NCBI GenBank assembly: GCA_963849325.1
Contig: CAWKHF010000006.1
Coordinates: 352,001 to 416,000 of the forward strand
Reading direction: 5' to 3'
DNA from: an uncultured Planctomycetota bacterium
GTDB taxonomy: Bacteria > Planctomycetota > Planctomycetia > Gemmatales > Gemmataceae
Length of the DNA stretch: 64,000 bases
Shown: in pieces, positions 50,913 through 61,614 of the stretch
How positions within the stretch are numbered: the first letter of the stretch is position 1
How the letters are laid out: the number at the start of each line of letters is the position of its first letter
Notes under the pieces: generated by a model
Seen by the model: only the letters and a program-made list of their open reading frames with translations
Database searches by the model: none
What the model was told of the DNA's origin: nothing
Program-made: the position numbers and the translations under genes

Positions 50913-52706
50913 CTGTACATGAAATACAGGGAATCCGGCGAGCCCATCGGTCCCGTTTTGCGGAGAAAGTCGCCCTGGTAAAGATGGGAATACTGCACGA
51001 ACACGTTTTGGTGAAAGTCGATCGTGAAGTTGGCGACGGCGGTGAGGACTTCGCCGACGTCCGAGCCGGCTCGGCCGGTGATGTCCTGACGGATGGCCGT
51101 GCCGGCGGCGTTGTACAGGGCGTCCTTGGGACTGTCCAGCCGAAGGACGTGGTACTGCACGAACGTCGTCAGCCATCGGGTCGGGAAGAAGGAGATCTCG
51201 GTGTGGATGTCGTTGATGTTTTGCCGGCCCACCAGGTCGGTCATGCCGAAGTAGTAATGGCCAAACGGGAACAGTTGGTTGAAGGTGCGGTGAACGCTGT
51301 CGGTGCCGGGATTGGGATCGCCGGAAGCGTAGTCGTAGTAAACCCATAGCGTCGGCACGGTTGGCACCTTGGCGAAGTGATAGCCGCCGCCCATCGTGTA
51401 CGCCTTGGCCAGGATGCCCTGGTTGGAGTAACTGCCGAACTGGAGCATCCCCTCGGTGTCCCACAGCCAGCCGTTGCGGTCGCCGTACCAGCGGCTGCCG
51501 AGCGTGCTCAGGTTCAGCGCTCCCTTGACGCCGTACTGGCCGCTGTAAAGGTGGCTCACGTCGTCCAAATTCAGATAATACAGGTCTACTATTTCTCCCC
51601 TGACCGGCCGATACGTTCCCCACACGCCGGTGAATAACTGCTCGTAGTTGACCGAGGCGAAACTGTTGGCGCTGGGCACGACCGGCTGCACCATGAAGGC
51701 GTCGAGGCTGAGCTTTTCGCTCTGCCAGAACACCTTGCCGCCCTGGAAGGTGCGGCGCGTGTTGACCCATTCCAACGGCGAGATGAGGCGCTGCGAACCG
51801 TACAGCAGCTCCTGCCGGCCGCCGCGAAAGTACACGGGTTGTTCGCGGACGGTCCAGACCTTGACGTCGGCGAACAGGTTCAGGAAGTTGGGGTTGTACT
51901 GATCGGTGGCCGTCGGCGGAAGATCCTGGTTGAACGACTGGGCGTTGATGAATTCGCCGTAGACGCGGAAGAGGTCGCGATACCACAGGTCGCCCCAAAC
52001 TGCGCGTGCGCGTCAGCTCGTAGACGTTGTCCTTGCCCGACGCCCGGCTGTCCACCTCGTCGTTGTAGCGGTAGCGGAACTCGCCGCCGGTGGTGAACAT
52101 CATGTTGTCATCGAAGAAGTGGATGCGCTTGAGGAAGTCGAACGGATCGCGGTCGGGATTGCTGGGATTATCCAGGTAACGCCAATCGGTGTTGTAGAAC
52201 GAGAACATCATGATGCCGAAGCGCGGATAGGGATAGCGCGGCGGCTGCTGCCGGCGAATACCCCACAGCGCGTCTCGGAGCGAGTAGTAGCCGGCGTCGT
52301 TGGGCGGGACGACGGTGTTGCCCGGCGGCGGGAACGGCTGGACGTTGGGTACACGCGACCACCACGAGGTAACGTCCAGGCCGGTCGGCGCGGCCTCACC
52401 GGGGCCGCCGATGCTGGGGGCTTCTTCCTCGGGTGCCGGCCGTCCTTCCGTGCTGGAGGGTGCGGCATCGGGCGTTCGCGTTTCCAGGAACGCCGACGGC
52501 GGGCCGCCGATGCTGGGGGCCTCGGTGTCCGGCGCTCCCTGCTGGCTTCGCGACACCGGAACGACGTGAGGCGAAGCGGTGGTCTTCTCTGCCGAGGGCT
52601 TGGCAGGGACATCCTGTGCGCGGACGAAATCACCAGTCCCCAGAACCAAGACAGCGGCCAGGGCCACCACGCGGCATGACACCATCGCCTCACGAACGGA
52701 TGGCAT
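50900..52706 (-). CDS. Alginate-export-family outer-membrane beta-barrel; frameshift near 52000
   Basis: Signal peptide, GGEFRYRY, GRQELLYGSQRLISPLEWVNTRRTF, YDYASGD, TFNQLFPFGHYYFG, terminal YRW. Confidence 0.82.
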
Positions 52707-53125
52707 GGCTCTCCTCTACCTGAGTCCTTCTCGCCTCCGGGTGAACGCCGCGCCGTCGGGAGAGCGGCTGGCTGGCTCACTCTCTTCTTCGGCCGCCCAA
52801 GTCGATTAATTCAGGAGAATCCGAACAATCGGCACAACAGGTGAAGCTTACCTCTCGGACCTTCTCCAGCCAGTCAACGCGGTTCGCCCTCGGGAAGTGA
52901 TCTTTTGTCCATGAATTGGACGAGGGAGTCGGGCTAAAAAGTCGCGGAACTTTTTTGCATATTTCATTGTCTTCTCATCAAGGGGAAGTTAGGATAGCGG
53001 GGTTAGAAGGACGCGATCTCGACCGGATCGCGCCGTGCCGGTTCGTATCCTCCCGCCAAGACCGACTCGTTTTTCCGAACCGGCCCGCCTGGATGACTTT
53101 TTTGTTTCCTTCCTCAGGTGCCGCC

Positions 53126-53764
53126 ATGTACGCTCGGCTTACCGTCTGCGCCGCGCCGCCTTCACGTTGATTGAGTTGCTCGTCGTCATCGCCATCATCG
53201 CCGTCCTGGTCGGCCTGCTCTTGCCCGCCGTGCAGAAAGGTGCGCGATCGCGCCGCCAAGATCCAGTGCGCCAGCAACCTGCACAACATCGGCCTCGCCA
53301 TCACCATGTATACCGATACCTATACCTACTTCCCCGATGCCGCCGACACGCCCACGGTTGCGACGGTCCCGGCCAACAAGGGAGCCTTGAATACGCTCAT
53401 TGGTCCCTTCTGCGAGAACAATCAAAAAGTCTTCATCTGTCCCGTCGATCAGTTCCGTTATCAGAAGCCGATCGGCACGCCGTGGAATAACACGGGTGTA
53501 CTGACGATGTGGTATGGTGCCCCTCCTCCTTCGGTCTCCTCGCAGGGACTCAGCTACGAGTACGGCCGCAACGCTCGGATCGTCAGCGGTCGTTGGACCA
53601 ATGGCAATCAGTCCGGACTGTGGAACTCGACTTACGCGCAGCTGGAAGGCGCCGGCCGGGGCGCCAGCAACGTCCTCATGGTCTACGACTTCGATCCGGT
53701 TCACGGCATGCCGTTCAGCGGCGTGGATCGCAACTACCTCTACGCCGACGGCCATCTGGAATGA
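53126..53764 (+). CDS. DUF1559-like prepilin protein; frameshift near 53237
   Basis: [14 protein letters not shown]..., CASNLHNIG, FICPVD, NYLYADGH. Confidence 0.85.
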
Positions 53765-53798
53765 TCGTGTCCTCCTCTCGTTTTTCCAGGAGTGTGTC

Positions 53799-54761
53799 AT
53801 GAGTCTCCAGCCCGAACCTTCGCAGGACGAAACCAGGACCGCGCAACGACAGTTGTATCGTGCCGGACAAACGCCGGCGGTCCCCAAACCGGCGCTGCCG
53901 GGCGCCTCGTCGATCACGACGAAACCCTCGTCGTCCGCGCCGAAAACGCCCGCGTCCAAGCCGAAAACTTCTCCTGGGACGAAGGACGGCAAACGCCCCC
54001 TCTGGAAGCGCCTTCTCCTCGCTCTGTTGGTGCTTCTGGCCCTTCTGGGCATGGGCAGCCTCTCCTACTGCATCTTCCTTCCCGATCCGGTTGAAGAGGC
54101 GAAGCGGGAACTGGCTGCTCTGCGGGAGGACAAAACATTGACTCGGGAGCAGCAACGGGAAAAGTTTGGGCAGATCTGGTCCAGCCTGACGGAAAAGCAG
54201 AAGAACGACATGTTCCAGGATCGGCGGGTCAAGGAGCGCGAGCGCGTCAGTGCCTTCGCCAAGCTGTCCAAGGAAGAGCAGATTGCTCAGTTGAAAAAGG
54301 AAATCCTCAAGGAGGAGGCCGACCGAGCGCGCTGGCAGGCGCAGCGGGCCCAGCGTGCCGCCAACGGGGGTGGCGGTGGTTCCGGTCGAGGGGGTAGGGG
54401 CGGTGCCGGTGCGGGCGGTCGCGGTGGTTCCGGCGGCGGTGGTCCCGGTGGCGGCGGTGCCGGTGCGGGCGGTCGCGGTGGTCCCGGCGGCGGTGGTCCC
54501 GGCGGCGGTCCCGGTGCGGGCGGTCCGGGCGGGGGCGGTCCCGGCAGGAACAGTAGTATTGACCATGCCCGATCGAAGAATAGCCTCGATAGGTCGGACC
54601 CCGAAATGCGGGCGCAGTCGAGTTACATGCGTGGATTGAAGGGCGAGGTACGTCAGCAGATGGGTCTACCCCCGGGCGGCGGACGTGGTTTTGGTGGCGG
54701 CTTCGGCGGCCCCCCTGGCGGCGGCGGCCCTCCCGGCGGCGGCCGTGGCCGGGTGCCCTGA
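53799..54761 (+). CDS. Single-TM protein with Gly/Arg-rich low-complexity tail
   Basis: ATG after AGGAG; TM, helical region, GGRGG/GGPGG repeats. Confidence 0.75.
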   Translation: MSLQPEPSQDETRTAQRQLYRAGQTPAVPKPALPGASSITTKPSSSAPKTPASKPKTSPGTKDGKRPLWKRLLLALLVLLALLGMGSLSYCIFLPDPVEEAKRELAALREDKTLTREQQREKFGQIWSSLTEKQKNDMFQDRRVKERERVSAFAKLSKEEQIAQLKKEILKEEADRARWQAQRAQRAANGGGGGSGRGGRGGAGAGGRGGSGGGGPGGGGAGAGGRGGPGGGGPGGGPGAGGPGGGGPGRNSSIDHARSKNSLDRSDPEMRAQSSYMRGLKGEVRQQMGLPPGGGRGFGGGFGGPPGGGGPPGGGRGRVP

Positions 54762-54784
54762 GCGCATTCCGACGGACGGTAGCC

Positions 54785-54872
54785 GAAATCCGAACGAAAC
54801 TCTTGGTGACGCGCACGTCCCGGCCTACATTGCCAGGACGAGCCGTGAGTGCCGGGTTTCGTTCGGATTTCG
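54785..54872. repeat. Intergenic inverted repeat
   Basis: CGAAATCCGAACGAAAC...GTTTCGTTCGGATTTCG. Confidence 0.6.
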
Positions 54873-54905
54873 CGTTTACGCCCAAGACCGTGTGGGGAAC
54901 GATCC

Positions 54906-56000
54906 ATGCTAACTGCGGAGGGATGCCGGCAGCGCCGGCAGCGTCTCTGGGACCGTCTCGATCCGCCGCCCGACAGCGATCATCTGCGACTGAATGATCC
55001 TATCCACCTCGTCTACCTGGCCAACTTTTTCGTCGATCCATTTAGCCTCGGCGCCGGCTTCGGTGGTTATCTGCTGCTGCGCCAGGACGGCCAGGCCAAG
55101 CTGCTGCACGATGACCGCCTGCCCCAGTCGGTGAACCAGGCGCATGTCGAGGAGCGAATCGTTGTTCCCTGGTACAGCGGCCAGGCGCCCGCCCGAGGCC
55201 CGCGCCAGCTGGCCTTGTTGCAGACGGTCAACCCTTCGCACGGTGGGCTGCGCATCCACGACCGGCCCGGCGATCCCTATGCCGCCACTGTCATCCGCAC
55301 CCTCGCCGAGATGCGTCGGCAGAAAGACCCCGACGAGGTGGAGTTGCTGCGCCGCTGCATGAGGGCGGCCGAGGCCGGACAAGCCTGGGCGCGGGCGAAC
55401 GTCCGTCCCGGCATGACCGAGTTGGACGTGTATTGTGGCGTCAACACCGCCTGCATCCAGACCGCCGGCCAGGCGGTGATCGTCTACGGTGACTTCGCGG
55501 TGTCACCTGGACCCGAGCGCCGCGGCGGCCCGCCCACCGGCCGCGTGCTGGAGCCGGGCGACATGCTGATCCTCGATTACTCGGTGGTGATCGGCGGCTA
55601 CCGCAGCGACTTCACCAACACGCTCGTCGTCGGACGCGATCCCACGCCGGACCAGCGACGGCTCTACGATCTGTGCGTGCAGGCGATGGCGGCGGGCGAG
55701 AAGGAGTTACGGGCCGGTCAGGCGTGCCGGACAGTTTACGAGGCGGTGCGTGACGTGTTCGATCGCGCCGGCGTGGCGCAGCACTTCCCGCATCACGCTG
55801 GGCATGGCCTGGGCCTGACGCACCCGGAAGCACCCTACCTGGTCCGCGAGGCCGACGAAACGCTACGGGTCGGCGACGTGGTCACGCTGGAGCCGGGCCT
55901 GTACGTACACGGCATCGGCGGCATCCGCATCGAGCACAACTATCTCGTCACCGCGGGCGGCCACGAACGGCTGAGCCAGCACACGATCGCGTTGAAATAG
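54906..56000 (+). CDS. M24 Xaa-Pro peptidase
   Basis: ILDYS..GYRSDFTNT, HHAGHGLGL, TLEPGLY, GGIRIEH. Confidence 0.9.
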   Translation: MLTAEGCRQRRQRLWDRLDPPPDSDHLRLNDPIHLVYLANFFVDPFSLGAGFGGYLLLRQDGQAKLLHDDRLPQSVNQAHVEERIVVPWYSGQAPARGPRQLALLQTVNPSHGGLRIHDRPGDPYAATVIRTLAEMRRQKDPDEVELLRRCMRAAEAGQAWARANVRPGMTELDVYCGVNTACIQTAGQAVIVYGDFAVSPGPERRGGPPTGRVLEPGDMLILDYSVVIGGYRSDFTNTLVVGRDPTPDQRRLYDLCVQAMAAGEKELRAGQACRTVYEAVRDVFDRAGVAQHFPHHAGHGLGLTHPEAPYLVREADETLRVGDVVTLEPGLYVHGIGGIRIEHNYLVTAGGHERLSQHTIALK

Positions 56001-56073
56001 GGAATAGGGAATAGGGAATAGGGAATAGGGAATAGAGAGAAGTTTCTTCCCTATTCCCTATTCCCTATTCCCT
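55996..56073. repeat. Inverted heptamer tandem arrays (AATAGGG)5 / (TTCCCTA)3+
   Basis: Read directly; lies between convergent stop codons. Confidence 0.9.
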
Positions 56074-56082
56074 TTTTGAGCC

Positions 56083-56811
56083 TCACGGCGGGGTCAGTTC
56101 CGGTCCACCGCTGTTTCCGCCGGGGGCGGGATAAGGATACGGCGCCTGGGGGGCCAGCGGCGGCTGCTGGATCGAGGGTCGCACCGGCACCGCCGGGAAC
56201 GGAGCGGGCGGACCTGGCTGATAGGCCGACGTGCTCCGTCCTCCGGGGACCGGCTGAGGAGCGAGGCGGCCGTTGTTGGCCGGCGGCAAGATCGTCGTGT
56301 GAATGACCGGCGGCGCGGCCGGGTCGTCGGCGAGCGGCGGCTCCTTGGTCTGCGGCAGCAAGTCGTCCTTGCGCGTGCTGTGGTAGCCGCTCCAGTGATA
56401 TTGCAGCAGCGAGCTGCGGGCCTGCAGACGCACGCGCATGGACGAGTCGTTGTTCAGCGCCTGCTCCAGGGCCATGCCGGCCTGCTGGGAGATCGGTCGC
56501 ATTTTGCCGAGACTCTGGGCCGCCTCCGCCCGCACCGCCGGCTTCTTGTCCGTCAGCAGCACCTCGACCAGCACCGGCACAATCAGGGGAAACTGATTCG
56601 GGTCGTACAGCCGCAACTCCTGGGCGGCGGCGGCGCGTTTGCTCTCGTCGCCGTCCGTCTTGACAATGGCGAGCAATTCCGGGACGCGGTCGTTGGGGGT
56701 GGGCTTCTTGCTCTTCCTGCCGAAGAAGACGCCGGCCGAGGACGAACCGGCCAGCAGGGGCAGCAGTATCAACGGAACCAGCCACAGGGCGAGAAGTCGA
56801 TAGCATCTCAT
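56083..56811 (-). CDS. Exported HEAT-repeat protein with Pro-rich tail
   Basis: Signal peptide; VRAEAAQSLG and VRLQARSSL repeats. Confidence 0.75.
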   Translation of the reverse strand: MRCYRLLALWLVPLILLPLLAGSSSAGVFFGRKSKKPTPNDRVPELLAIVKTDGDESKRAAAAQELRLYDPNQFPLIVPVLVEVLLTDKKPAVRAEAAQSLGKMRPISQQAGMALEQALNNDSSMRVRLQARSSLLQYHWSGYHSTRKDDLLPQTKEPPLADDPAAPPVIHTTILPPANNGRLAPQPVPGGRSTSAYQPGPPAPFPAVPVRPSIQQPPLAPQAPYPYPAPGGNSGGPELTPP

Positions 56812-56832
56812 GGAGAGCCTCCCCTGCTCGGA

Positions 56833-56901
56833 ATCGTTCGTCCGGGCCGCTTGCGGCTTAGCGAGGCAATCGCTACGCCGCAAGCGGCCCGGACGAACGA
56901 T
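56833..56901. repeat. REP-like palindrome (second copy 59130-59170)
   Basis: GCCGCTTGCGGCTT...GCCGCAAGCGGC core at both loci. Confidence 0.75.
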
Positions 56902-57064
56902 ACTCACGGTGAAAGCCTCTGGGGAGAGGCGGAATCTCGTCGCCTTCCTCGGATCGGCCGGGGGGACGAGGCGAAATGCGTGAAAGCAGCGAAATGGGCA
57001 GGCCGACCGCCGCCGCTTCGCCGCACGCCTGCTACAGATTGACACGAGAGGACGGCCGGGTCCG

Positions 57065-57877
57065 ATGGATCTGCTTGGGGGGACACTGCTTCTGAGTGGG
57101 GCTTATCCGTTGGCGCAGGCGTTGCGGGCCAACCGGCGCACGACCCTGCGTCAACCGCTCTGGTGGACGTTGGCTGCCTGGGCCGCCTGGACGGGCCTCG
57201 CCTGGAGTCGCGTTCCCGGTCTCGGACACGAGGAGCAGTTGGCCCCCTACGCGGCGTTGTGTCTGACCGGCTGCGCTGGCATCGCCGTCCTGGGGGCGCG
57301 ACGGCCGGGTGTGGCCGCCTGGAACTTCGTCGTCGTCGGACTGCTGGCCGTCCTTCTCTTGCCGGTGCTCAACGGGATGGGCGAGCTACGGCTGGAGACG
57401 GCCCAGGTGCTGTTCCTGGGCGCAACGCTGGCCGTGCCTCTGCTGAATTATTTGCCCACCCGACTGGGACCGGCCGTCATCCTGGTGGCGGTCGGCTGCG
57501 GGATGGAGTTGGCCCGGCTGATCGGGGCGACCTTGCCGGCGGGGCTGGGGTCCGTGGGCCTTGCGCTTCTGGGGTTGGCGCCGTGGATCGCGTGGGCCGG
57601 CCTGCGCCGTCGAGTCGCCTCCGCCACGGCGTTCGATCGTTTGTGGCTGGCGTATCGCGATCGGTTCGGCTTCGTCTGGGGACAGCGGATGCGCGAGCAG
57701 TTCAATCGGGCGGCGGCTCACGCGGGCTGGCCGGTCGTTCTGCGCTGGCACGGTTTGCACGTCGTCGCGGCCGATGCCGCGCTCGACCCGGCGGCGCTGT
57801 TGGCCACCCTGCGAGCCGTCCTCAAGCGCTTTGCTTCGGAGGACGAACCCGGAAAGCCATCCGAGAAGGAGGATTAA
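57065..57877 (+). CDS. Multi-pass membrane protein
   Basis: 270-aa hydrophobic ORF; LGARRPG..AWNF and RDRFGFVWG motifs. Confidence 0.75.
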   Translation: MDLLGGTLLLSGAYPLAQALRANRRTTLRQPLWWTLAAWAAWTGLAWSRVPGLGHEEQLAPYAALCLTGCAGIAVLGARRPGVAAWNFVVVGLLAVLLLPVLNGMGELRLETAQVLFLGATLAVPLLNYLPTRLGPAVILVAVGCGMELARLIGATLPAGLGSVGLALLGLAPWIAWAGLRRRVASATAFDRLWLAYRDRFGFVWGQRMREQFNRAAAHAGWPVVLRWHGLHVVAADAALDPAALLATLRAVLKRFASEDEPGKPSEKED

Positions 57878-58200
57878 TACCCGCGTCCACCCATGCCGCC
57901 GCCGCCCATGCCGCCGCCGCCCATGCCACCACCCATGCCGCCCCGGCCGCCCATGCCACTCATGGCGTTCATGGCGCTCATGTTCGGCGGTCCACCGCCC
58001 TTCGATTGGGAGGGACCATCCTGGTTGAGGGTGCCATCGGGATACTTGGGTGGGCTGCTGAACTTCGCCTCGGCCAGCGGAGGCAAGGTGAGTTCTTCGG
58101 GATGCTTGGGCGGTCTCGGGGTAATGTTCGGAGCGGCGCAGCCGGCCACGCTGAGCGCGGCGGTCAGCATCCAACCAAGCCCCTCCCACACCCTGCGCAT
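57874..58200 (-). CDS. Small lipoprotein with Gly/Met-rich tail
   Basis: Lipobox VAGC. Confidence 0.65.
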   Translation of the reverse strand: MRRVWEGLGWMLTAALSVAGCAAPNITPRPPKHPEELTLPPLAEAKFSSPPKYPDGTLNQDGPSQSKGGGPPNMSAMNAMSGMGGRGGMGGGMGGGGMGGGGMGGRGY

Positions 58201-58299
58201 GGACCTCTCCCGCCCTGGTGAGGTGAACGAAGCGCTTCCTCTCCTCGGAACCGGGCGGACTATAACTTGCGTGAAATTGGGGTCAAGGTCGAAGTCCCA

Positions 58300-58387
58300 A
58301 GTTCTGAGTTCTGAGTTCTGAGTTCTGAGCGAAGAACAATCCACTTGCTTTTTTCACTCAGAACTCAGAACTCAGAACTCAGAACTT
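58300..58387. repeat. Inverted heptamer tandem arrays (AGTTCTG)4 / (CTCAGAA)4
   Basis: Read directly; immediately after the sod stop codon. Confidence 0.9.
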
Positions 58388-58388
58388 C

Positions 58389-59006
58389 TTATTTGCCGCT
58401 TTGCGCCGCGGCGAAGCGTTTGCCGACTTCGTTCCAATTGACGACCTTCCACCATGCCTCCAGATAGTCGGCGCGGCGGTTCTGATACCGCAGATAGTAA
58501 GCGTGCTCCCACACGTCCACGCCCAGCAGCGGCGTCTGGCCGTTCATGTGCGGGCTGTCCTGGTTGGCGGTGCTGACGATTTGCAGTTTGCCGTTGTGCA
58601 GGACCAGCCAGGCCCAGCCGCTGCCGAAACGGCCCAGTCCCGCTTCCTTGATCTTGCCCTTGAAAGCGGCGACGTCGTTGAAGGTGGATTTGATCGCCTC
58701 GGCCAGCGGTCCCGACGGTTCGCCGCCGCCTTTCGGTCCCATGATCTCCCAGAACAGGCTGTGGTTGGCGTGTCCGCCGCCGTTGTTGATGACCTTTTGC
58801 CGGATGCCTTCCGGCACGCCGGCGATGTCGCGCAGCAACTGCTCGATCGGCTTGGACTGCAAGGCCGGCTGTCCCTCCAGGGCGGCGTTGAGGTTGTCCA
58901 CGTAGGCCTTGTGGTGCTTGCCGTGGTGGATCTCCATCGTGGTCTTGTCGATGGCGGCCTCAAGGGCGTCGGCGGGGTAAGGCAGGGCGGGCAAGGTGAA
59001 GGCCAT
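58389..59006 (-). CDS. sodA: Mn/Fe superoxide dismutase
   Basis: [40 protein letters not shown]. Confidence 0.95.
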   Translation of the reverse strand: MAFTLPALPYPADALEAAIDKTTMEIHHGKHHKAYVDNLNAALEGQPALQSKPIEQLLRDIAGVPEGIRQKVINNGGGHANHSLFWEIMGPKGGGEPSGPLAEAIKSTFNDVAAFKGKIKEAGLGRFGSGWAWLVLHNGKLQIVSTANQDSPHMNGQTPLLGVDVWEHAYYLRYQNRRADYLEAWWKVVNWNEVGKRFAAAQSGK

Positions 59007-59188
59007 CGCTGTATCCTCCTCGGGTGTTTCAATCCTCGCTCGGCCTTCGGGCCGGGCGCAACGGCTTCCCTGCTAGATACTGTATCCTCCCTTGCGCGGA
59101 CGGCAACGGCGCCGGCCCGTAAACGAAACGCCGCTTGCGGCTTGGCGGGGTGCGCCAGGCCACAAGCGGCTTGGGGAATCGCATCGGC

Positions 59189-60078
59189 TCACGGTTGGGC
59201 TATCGGGTAACTGCGATTGTAGGCCCAGAACTCCTGCCACACGGCGTCATCGTTCAATCCCAGAGGGTTACTGCTGGGGAGGTAGCCGTAAGTATACAGG
59301 CTGACGGAACCGTCCGCCCACAGTACCGGCGACGAGCCGGGATGAGGACCGCCAAAATGGTTCTCGTCCACGCCGTTGCTATCCGGGAAAAAGCCGCGTC
59401 CGGCGTTGGCGCCGCCGGCCCCATTATCGCACCAGCGCATGTGGTCGTAGCCGGTCTGAGCCTTGGCCCAGTCCCAGTAGCCCCGATCCTTGTTGCTGCC
59501 GCCATTGTAGTTCTGCGGCTGCAAGATTTTATGGGCCGCCAGGAGAGTGCCGGAGGCGCCGCGCCGCCGGTCACCACGGCCAGGGTGGTTCCCTGCGAGT
59601 TCAGGATGGATCGATTGCCGCCCGCGTTCAGGGCGGGATAACTGGTGGCAGACGCTTCGTTGATCCCTCCGGTGTATGCCCCCGCATAGTCAATCCTGGC
59701 TCCGACGGCAGTCGTGCGGCGGCTGGGGCAGATGTAGGGCTTGATCGCCACGGCCTTGGTCGAAGCGTTAGCCTGCCCCGCGGCGATGAGGTTGTTATAC
59801 AGGGCCGACTGCTCCATGAAGGGCAAAATCAGGATCGGCCAGGTGGGATAAGTGCCGTCCTCGAAAGGAAATTGCTGATACGTGTCATGGTAGTTGTGCA
59901 GGGCCAGGCCGATCTGCTTGAGATTGTTGACGCACTGGCTGCGTGCGGCGGCCTCGCGCACCTTCTGCACGGCCGGCAAGAGCAGCCCGATCAGGATGGC
60001 AATGATGGCGATGACTACCAGCAGCTCAATCAGCGTGAACGCCCAGCGCCGCCGGACTTGGGGAGGATCGTGGACCAT
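59189..60078 (-). CDS. DUF1559 prepilin-type protein; frameshift near 59555
   Basis: AFTLIELL..., [23 protein letters not shown]. Confidence 0.88.
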
Positions 60079-60124
60079 GGACGGGCTCCTTGGACAAAGA
60101 GAAAAAGAATAGGGAAGAGAAACC

Positions 60125-60532
60125 TTATGGACTTTTCAGTTCGAAATTCGCCGCCTCGGTGCCCTCCGGGGGGACCGTGAAGTTCAATTTGCTCTCCCGG
60201 TTGTACTGGGGCGGAACGAGTTCACGCAGGCTTTCCCCGCGCTCGATCCGGGAGATCTGGACGCGGTACGGGCCGGGGGCGGCGCCGTCGCGGTCGGCGA
60301 TGAGGGTCTTGAGAGAATAGCGGCCGTCGTCATTGGTGTTGCCCGACGCTTCCTTGTTCGGATCGAGGTTACCGTCCGCGCCGACGGACAGAAAGATCAC
60401 GCGGGCGTTGGCCAGAGGGCGGTTGTCCAGGGTGACGCGGCCGGACACCTTCACGGATTGTGGGCCTTTGCTGCCGCAGCCCAGAGGCAGCAAGGCGACC
60501 ATCGAGAGAACCAAAAGGAGCAAAGGACGCAT
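60125..60532 (-). CDS. Carboxypeptidase-regulatory-like lipoprotein (typical DUF1559 neighbour)
   Basis: Lipobox [30 protein letters not shown]. Confidence 0.8.
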   Translation of the reverse strand: MRPLLLLVLSMVALLPLGCGSKGPQSVKVSGRVTLDNRPLANARVIFLSVGADGNLDPNKEASGNTNDDGRYSLKTLIADRDGAAPGPYRVQISRIERGESLRELVPPQYNRESKLNFTVPPEGTEAANFELKSP

Positions 60533-60699
60533 CGGCCAATTCTCATCTAAGTTAACGATAGTTTAATCCGGAAGGGACAATGTTCTCATGGTACAACAAG
60601 GGAAAAGCCTGTCAACGAGAAAGCGGAAGAACGAAGGACTTTAATCTTTTCTCATACTGAGCGGACCTCCGCCTCCAACGGGCTGGCTCATCTTCGCGG

Positions 60700-61599
60700 T
60701 CAAACAATCATCTCGCCCTCTTGTTCGGTGCGCTGACGAAACAACTCCAGGAGACGACGTGTCATTGGCCCGGCCGCGCCCGCGCCGATGTTACGGCTGT
60801 CCACTCGGACGACCGCCGCCAGTTCGCCCATCGTGCCCGTGCAGAACATCTCGTCGGCACGGTAAACCTCGGTGAGCGACAGGTCCTTCTCCTCATACGG
60901 TATGCCGGCGCCGCGGCAGATCTCCAGCACCGTGGCCCGCGTGATGCCTTCGGGGCACGCCAGGGCGCGGCTTGTGAGGACAACGTCCTGGTAGACGAGG
61001 AAAACGTGCGTGGCATTCGTTTCGGCGACGAAGCCGCGCAGGTCGAGCATGAGTGCGTCGTCGGCGCCGGCGGCGTTGGCCTCGATCTTGGCCAGGATGG
61101 ACGGGAGGAGGTTGCAGTGATGGATTTTCGGGTCCAGGCAGTCCGGCGGCGGCCGGCGGACGCTGCTGGTGATGAGCGTGACGCTGCCCTTGTCGTAGAC
61201 CGGCGGCTTGTGCTCGGCCAGGACGATGAGCGTCGGCCCCGTCTGGTTCAGGCGCGGGTCCATGCCGGAGGTGATCTTGACGCCGCGCGTCAGCGTCAGG
61301 CGGATGTGAACGCCGTCGCGCATGGCGTTGGCCGCCAGCGTCCGCCGGAGCTGCTCGACGATCTCGTCGTGGCTGGGGATGGACGCGAAGGCGAGGGCGA
61401 GGGCCGAACTGCGCAGGCGGTCGAGGTGCTCGCGCAGCTTGAAAATGCGGCCGTTGTACAGGCGCAGTCCCTCCCAGACCGCATCGCCGCCCTGTACCGC
61501 GGAATCGAAGGGACTGACGCCGGCCTGGTCGCGGTGGACCAGCCGGCCGTTGATGTTAACGATGAGATCGCGGTTCTTGTCGTTGAACGTTTGCAGCAT
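60700..61599 (-). CDS. Class IV aminotransferase (branched-chain type)
   Basis: GDAVWEGLR, HLDRL, EGITR, ADEMFCTGTMGE. Confidence 0.9.
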   Translation of the reverse strand: MLQTFNDKNRDLIVNINGRLVHRDQAGVSPFDSAVQGGDAVWEGLRLYNGRIFKLREHLDRLRSSALALAFASIPSHDEIVEQLRRTLAANAMRDGVHIRLTLTRGVKITSGMDPRLNQTGPTLIVLAEHKPPVYDKGSVTLITSSVRRPPPDCLDPKIHHCNLLPSILAKIEANAAGADDALMLDLRGFVAETNATHVFLVYQDVVLTSRALACPEGITRATVLEICRGAGIPYEEKDLSLTEVYRADEMFCTGTMGELAAVVRVDSRNIGAGAAGPMTRRLLELFRQRTEQEGEMIV

Positions 61600-61614
61600 G
61601 GGGAGGTCTCGCCA

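Noticed and set aside
54365-54545. GC-rich tandem repeats as a DNA element
   Set aside because: Explained by Gly-rich coding sequence.
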